Source: an uncultured Bacilli bacterium
Lineage (GTDB): Bacteria; Bacillota_I; Bacilli_A; RF39; UBA660
Length of the DNA: 64,000 nucleotides
Assembly (NCBI GenBank): GCA_944371325.1
Contig: CALVXO010000002.1
Span: 42,081-106,080, forward strand
Direction: 5' to 3'
This document shows, piece by piece, positions 60,956 to 64,000 of the stretch (the stretch's first letter is position 1; every line of letters begins with the position of its first letter). Position numbers and translations under genes: made by a program. The notes beneath the pieces are model-generated. The model saw only the letters and a program-made list of their open reading frames with translations, ran no database searches and was not told the origin of the DNA.

Positions 60956-61907
60956 TTTTTACCTCACTTACTAAATTTATAAATTCTTCTTTAGTATTTA
61001 TTTTCATAAATCTTTGTTTATATTCTTTAGATATTCCTTTTAAATAATAACCAATTTGTGTACGCATTTCTAATATTGCTATTTTTTCTTCTTTAAACTC
61101 TAATAAATAATTTAAATGTTTAATAACCATATTTAATCTATCTAATATTGTCACTTCTTTTATTTCTTTACCATTTAAATAATCTATACAATCTCTTATT
61201 AACCAAGGATTACCTAATACTCCTCTTCCTATCATAACTGCATCACAATTTGTTTCTTCTAACATTTTTTTAGCATCATAACAAGTTTTTATATCACCAT
61301 TACCAATAACAGGTATTTTAACAGAATCTTTAACTTGCTTTATTATATTCCAATCAGCTTTACCGCTATATCCTTGAGATCTTGTTCTTGGATGAACAGT
61401 AATAGCACTTGCTCCAGCTTTTTCTATTACTTTAGCAATTGATATAGCATTAATACTTTTCTCATCCCAACCACTTCTTATTTTTACTGTAACAGGAATA
61501 TTTACTGCATCAACTACTGCTTTTACTATTTCATATACTTTTTCAGGATTTTTAAGTAAAGCACTTCCAGCTTGAGCACGAGTTGCTACTTTTGGAACAG
61601 GGCATCCCATATTTATGTCGATTATATCTGGTTTCATATTTTCTAAAATATATTTTGCAGCATAAACAAATGATTCTTTATCACTACCAAATATTTGTTG
61701 ACTTATTGGTCGTTCTTCTTCCTTCATATAAAGCATATCAATTGTTTTTTTACTTCCAAAATATATTGCTTTATCGCTAACCATTTCAGCTACTACCAAT
61801 CCAACACCCATCTCTTTAGCAATTCTACGAAATGCACTATTAGAAATACCTGCCATAGGCGCTAAAACAATTTGGTTTTCAATTTCAACGTTACCTATTT
61901 TCCACAT
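60939..61907 (-). CDS. dusB: tRNA-dihydrouridine synthase
   Basis: LAPMAGISNSAFR, DINMGCPVPKV (catalytic Cys), and VKIR...ITVHPRTR. Confidence 0.93.
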
Positions 61908-63375
61908 CTATTAATACTTCTCCAGTCATTTCTTTAGGTATTTTTTCATTTAATAGATATAACATTGTAGGTGCTATGTCACCTAATTTACCATTTTTTA
62001 ATTTACATTCTTTAGTTATTAAAAATGGTACTTTATTAGTAGTGTGACTAGTTAAAACATTATTATTGTCATCTATCATTTCTTCACAATTACCATGATC
62101 TGCTGTAATTATCATAGTCCCATTTAGTTCAATTATTTTTTGATATAATTTATAAACACATTCATCTAATGTTTCCACAGCTTTTATTGCCGCATCTAAA
62201 TTACCAGTATGACCTACCATATCACCATTAGCAAAATTTAAAATAATAACATCATAATTCATATTTTCTAATAATTTATCAGTTATTTCATAAGCACTCA
62301 TTTCTGGTTTTAAATCATAAGTAGCAACTTTTGGTGATGGTATTAAAATACGTTCACATTTGTCTAATTCCAATTCTTTACCACCATCAAAGAAATAAGT
62401 TACGTGGGCATATTTTTCTGTTTCAGCAATTCTTAATTGTGAATAACCTAATTTAGAAATATATTCACCAAAAGTGTTAGGCAATTTATTTAATTCAAAT
62501 ATTGTTTTATTAACAACTTCTTCACTTACTGGCATCATTGTCAATAATTTAATATTTACTTCTTTCTTTCTTTTAAATCCTTTAAAATCTTTATTACTTA
62601 AAGCACTACCTAATTCTCTTAATCTATCTGGTCTAAAGTTAAAGAAGATTACACCATCATTATCATTTACAATTCCATCTTCATCAATTAAACCAGGTAA
62701 AATAAACTCATCAGTTATATTATTTTCATAATTTGATTTTATAGCTTCTTTAACACTTAAATATTTACTATCTGATTTACCAGTAATAACATCATAAGCT
62801 TTTTCAATTCGGTCATATCTGTTATCTCTATCCATCGCATAATATCTACCACTTATACTAGCAATAACACCATTTTTTAAATCTAATGATTCAATATAAC
62901 TTAAACTACTATTTGGCAAGGTATCTCTACCATCAGTAAAAATATGTAGATAAAAATTTATTTTATTTTTATAGCACATATCAATTAAAGCTTGAATATG
63001 TTTCATAGATGAATGAACTCCGCCATCACTTACTAAACCCATTAAATGTAATTTACTATTGTTTTTTTTAACATAATCAAACATTTCTAGTATATTTTCA
63101 TTTTTATAAAAATGTTTATTTTTTATTTCTTCATTAATTAATTGAATTCCTTGATAAACAATTCTACCTGCACCAATATTAGAGTGTCCTACTTCACTAT
63201 TACCCATTTGACCTTTAGGTAAACCAACTTTTTCGCCACTAGCTTCCAATTTAGAATTAGGGTATTTTCTAAATAACATATCTAAATTAGGGGTATTAGC
63301 TAATTTATAAGCATTTCCTTTAATTTTTTTATTAATTCCTACTCCATCTAATATACATAACAATAATGGTTTCAT
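61891..63375 (-). CDS. gpmI: 2,3-bisphosphoglycerate-independent phosphoglycerate mutase
   Basis: LCILDGVG, GNSEVGH, LVSDGGVHS, ANGDMVGHTG and ITADHGN motifs. Start set at MKPLLL. Confidence 0.96.
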   Translation of the reverse strand: MKPLLLCILDGVGINKKIKGNAYKLANTPNLDMLFRKYPNSKLEASGEKVGLPKGQMGNSEVGHSNIGAGRIVYQGIQLINEEIKNKHFYKNENILEMFDYVKKNNSKLHLMGLVSDGGVHSSMKHIQALIDMCYKNKINFYLHIFTDGRDTLPNSSLSYIESLDLKNGVIASISGRYYAMDRDNRYDRIEKAYDVITGKSDSKYLSVKEAIKSNYENNITDEFILPGLIDEDGIVNDNDGVIFFNFRPDRLRELGSALSNKDFKGFKRKKEVNIKLLTMMPVSEEVVNKTIFELNKLPNTFGEYISKLGYSQLRIAETEKYAHVTYFFDGGKELELDKCERILIPSPKVATYDLKPEMSAYEITDKLLENMNYDVIILNFANGDMVGHTGNLDAAIKAVETLDECVYKLYQKIIELNGTMIITADHGNCEEMIDDNNNVLTSHTTNKVPFLITKECKLKNGKLGDIAPTMLYLLNEKIPKEMTGEVLIDVENR

Positions 63376-63432
63376 TAAAATCAACTCCACATATATTATA
63401 CAATATTTTTAGCAAATTTAAAAGAACACCAA

Positions 63433-64000
63433 TTAAATTTGATGTTCTAAATAATCTTTTATTTTATTAAAATCATTTTCTAATAAATTATTTAATATTT
63501 TAAATTCTAAATCTTTATATATTTCTTTTATAAAAGGGCCTTTTTCTTTATTTAATATTTCACATATTTGATTAGCTTTAATATTAATATCTTTAATACT
63601 AAATATTGGCAAAGAATTATATTTTTTTACAATTTCCACCCTATTAATATTTTTTATTTCACCTACTAATGTACATACATATAAACCATATTTATATAAA
63701 ACATTATTATCTAAAATATCTTCTTTTAAAGCTAATTTTATATTTTTAATAATTTCTTTTTCATTTTTTGTAAAAGGATATATATCTAATACATCTAATT
63801 GTGCCCACATTCCTAATGAAGATGTTGTAATAACTATGTCAGTATTAATTTCTAATACTTTATCTAATTCTAATTCTTTTATTAAGTCTAAACCATATTT
63901 ACAATTTGGTGACGAAAATATTTTTTCAAGTTCTTCCTTTTTACGATAATATGATAAATTTTTTAAAAATTTTTTATTTTTTTTAATAGCTTTCTTTAAT
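63433..64000 (-). CDS. cca: CCA-adding tRNA nucleotidyltransferase, C-terminal part (5' end beyond the window)
   Basis: The frame stays open upstream of the track's Met, to position 64000 (own translation ...LSYYRKKEELEKIFSSPNCKYGLDLIKELELDKVL...). The C-terminal LPIFSIKDINIKANQICEIL...GPFIKEIYKDLEFKILNNLLEND resembles the Bacillus-type Cca tail. Confidence 0.55.
   Translation of the reverse strand, partial: LKKAIKKNKKFLKNLSYYRKKEELEKIFSSPNCKYGLDLIKELELDKVLEINTDIVITTSSLGMWAQLDVLDIYPFTKNEKEIIKNIKLALKEDILDNNVLYKYGLYVCTLVGEIKNINRVEIVKKYNSLPIFSIKDINIKANQICEILNKEKGPFIKEIYKDLEFKILNNLLENDFNKIKDYLEHQI

Overview
Very AT-rich chromosomal segment from a low-GC Bacillota (Firmicutes) endospore-former. 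It carries rpoE (RNAP delta), gpsB, recU and dnaD alongside spoIIID, a sigF-like sigma, spoVAC/D/E, yqfC/yqfD and ylbD/ylbE, which suggests a Bacilli/Erysipelotrichia-type lineage (inference only). Most genes are on the minus strand. The window is mainly core genome, in blocks syntenic with B. subtilis: lepA-hemW-hrcA-grpE-dnaK-dnaJ (with spoIIID and pepF inserted); yqfC-yqfD-ybeY-era-yqzL-recO; rodZ-like-pgsA-recA ... rny; gpsB-rnpB next to recU-ponA; dnaD-nth; dusB-lysS. It also has thyA-folA-tmk, valS, lon, rnj, ackA, gpmI and two class A PBPs. RNA features are tRNA-Ser(GCU), RNase P RNA, a valS T-box leader and two CIRCE operators. I saw no transposase, integrase, prophage block, CRISPR array or recognisable multi-gene defence operon, so I cannot point to a clear new system. 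The leads worth a second look are: (1) a spoIIA-type locus with no spoIIAB, whose STAS protein has Cys at the phospho-Ser position; (2) an identical 11-mer Spo0A-box motif at three intergenic sites, one inside a full-consensus sigma-H promoter; (3) two paralogous Tyr/Trp-repeat envelope proteins; (4) an orphan HerA-like ATPase between recA and rny; (5) an arylsulfotransferase paired with a CxxC lipoprotein; (6) an orphan large pilin-like protein; (7) GrpE with a His/Cys-rich 13-aa x4 repeat; (8) a candidate type I toxin/antisense sRNA in the recO-valS gap; (9) a Cys-rich secreted protein with a two-TM tail inside the lysS operon. All functional calls come from reading motifs by eye; no searches were run.
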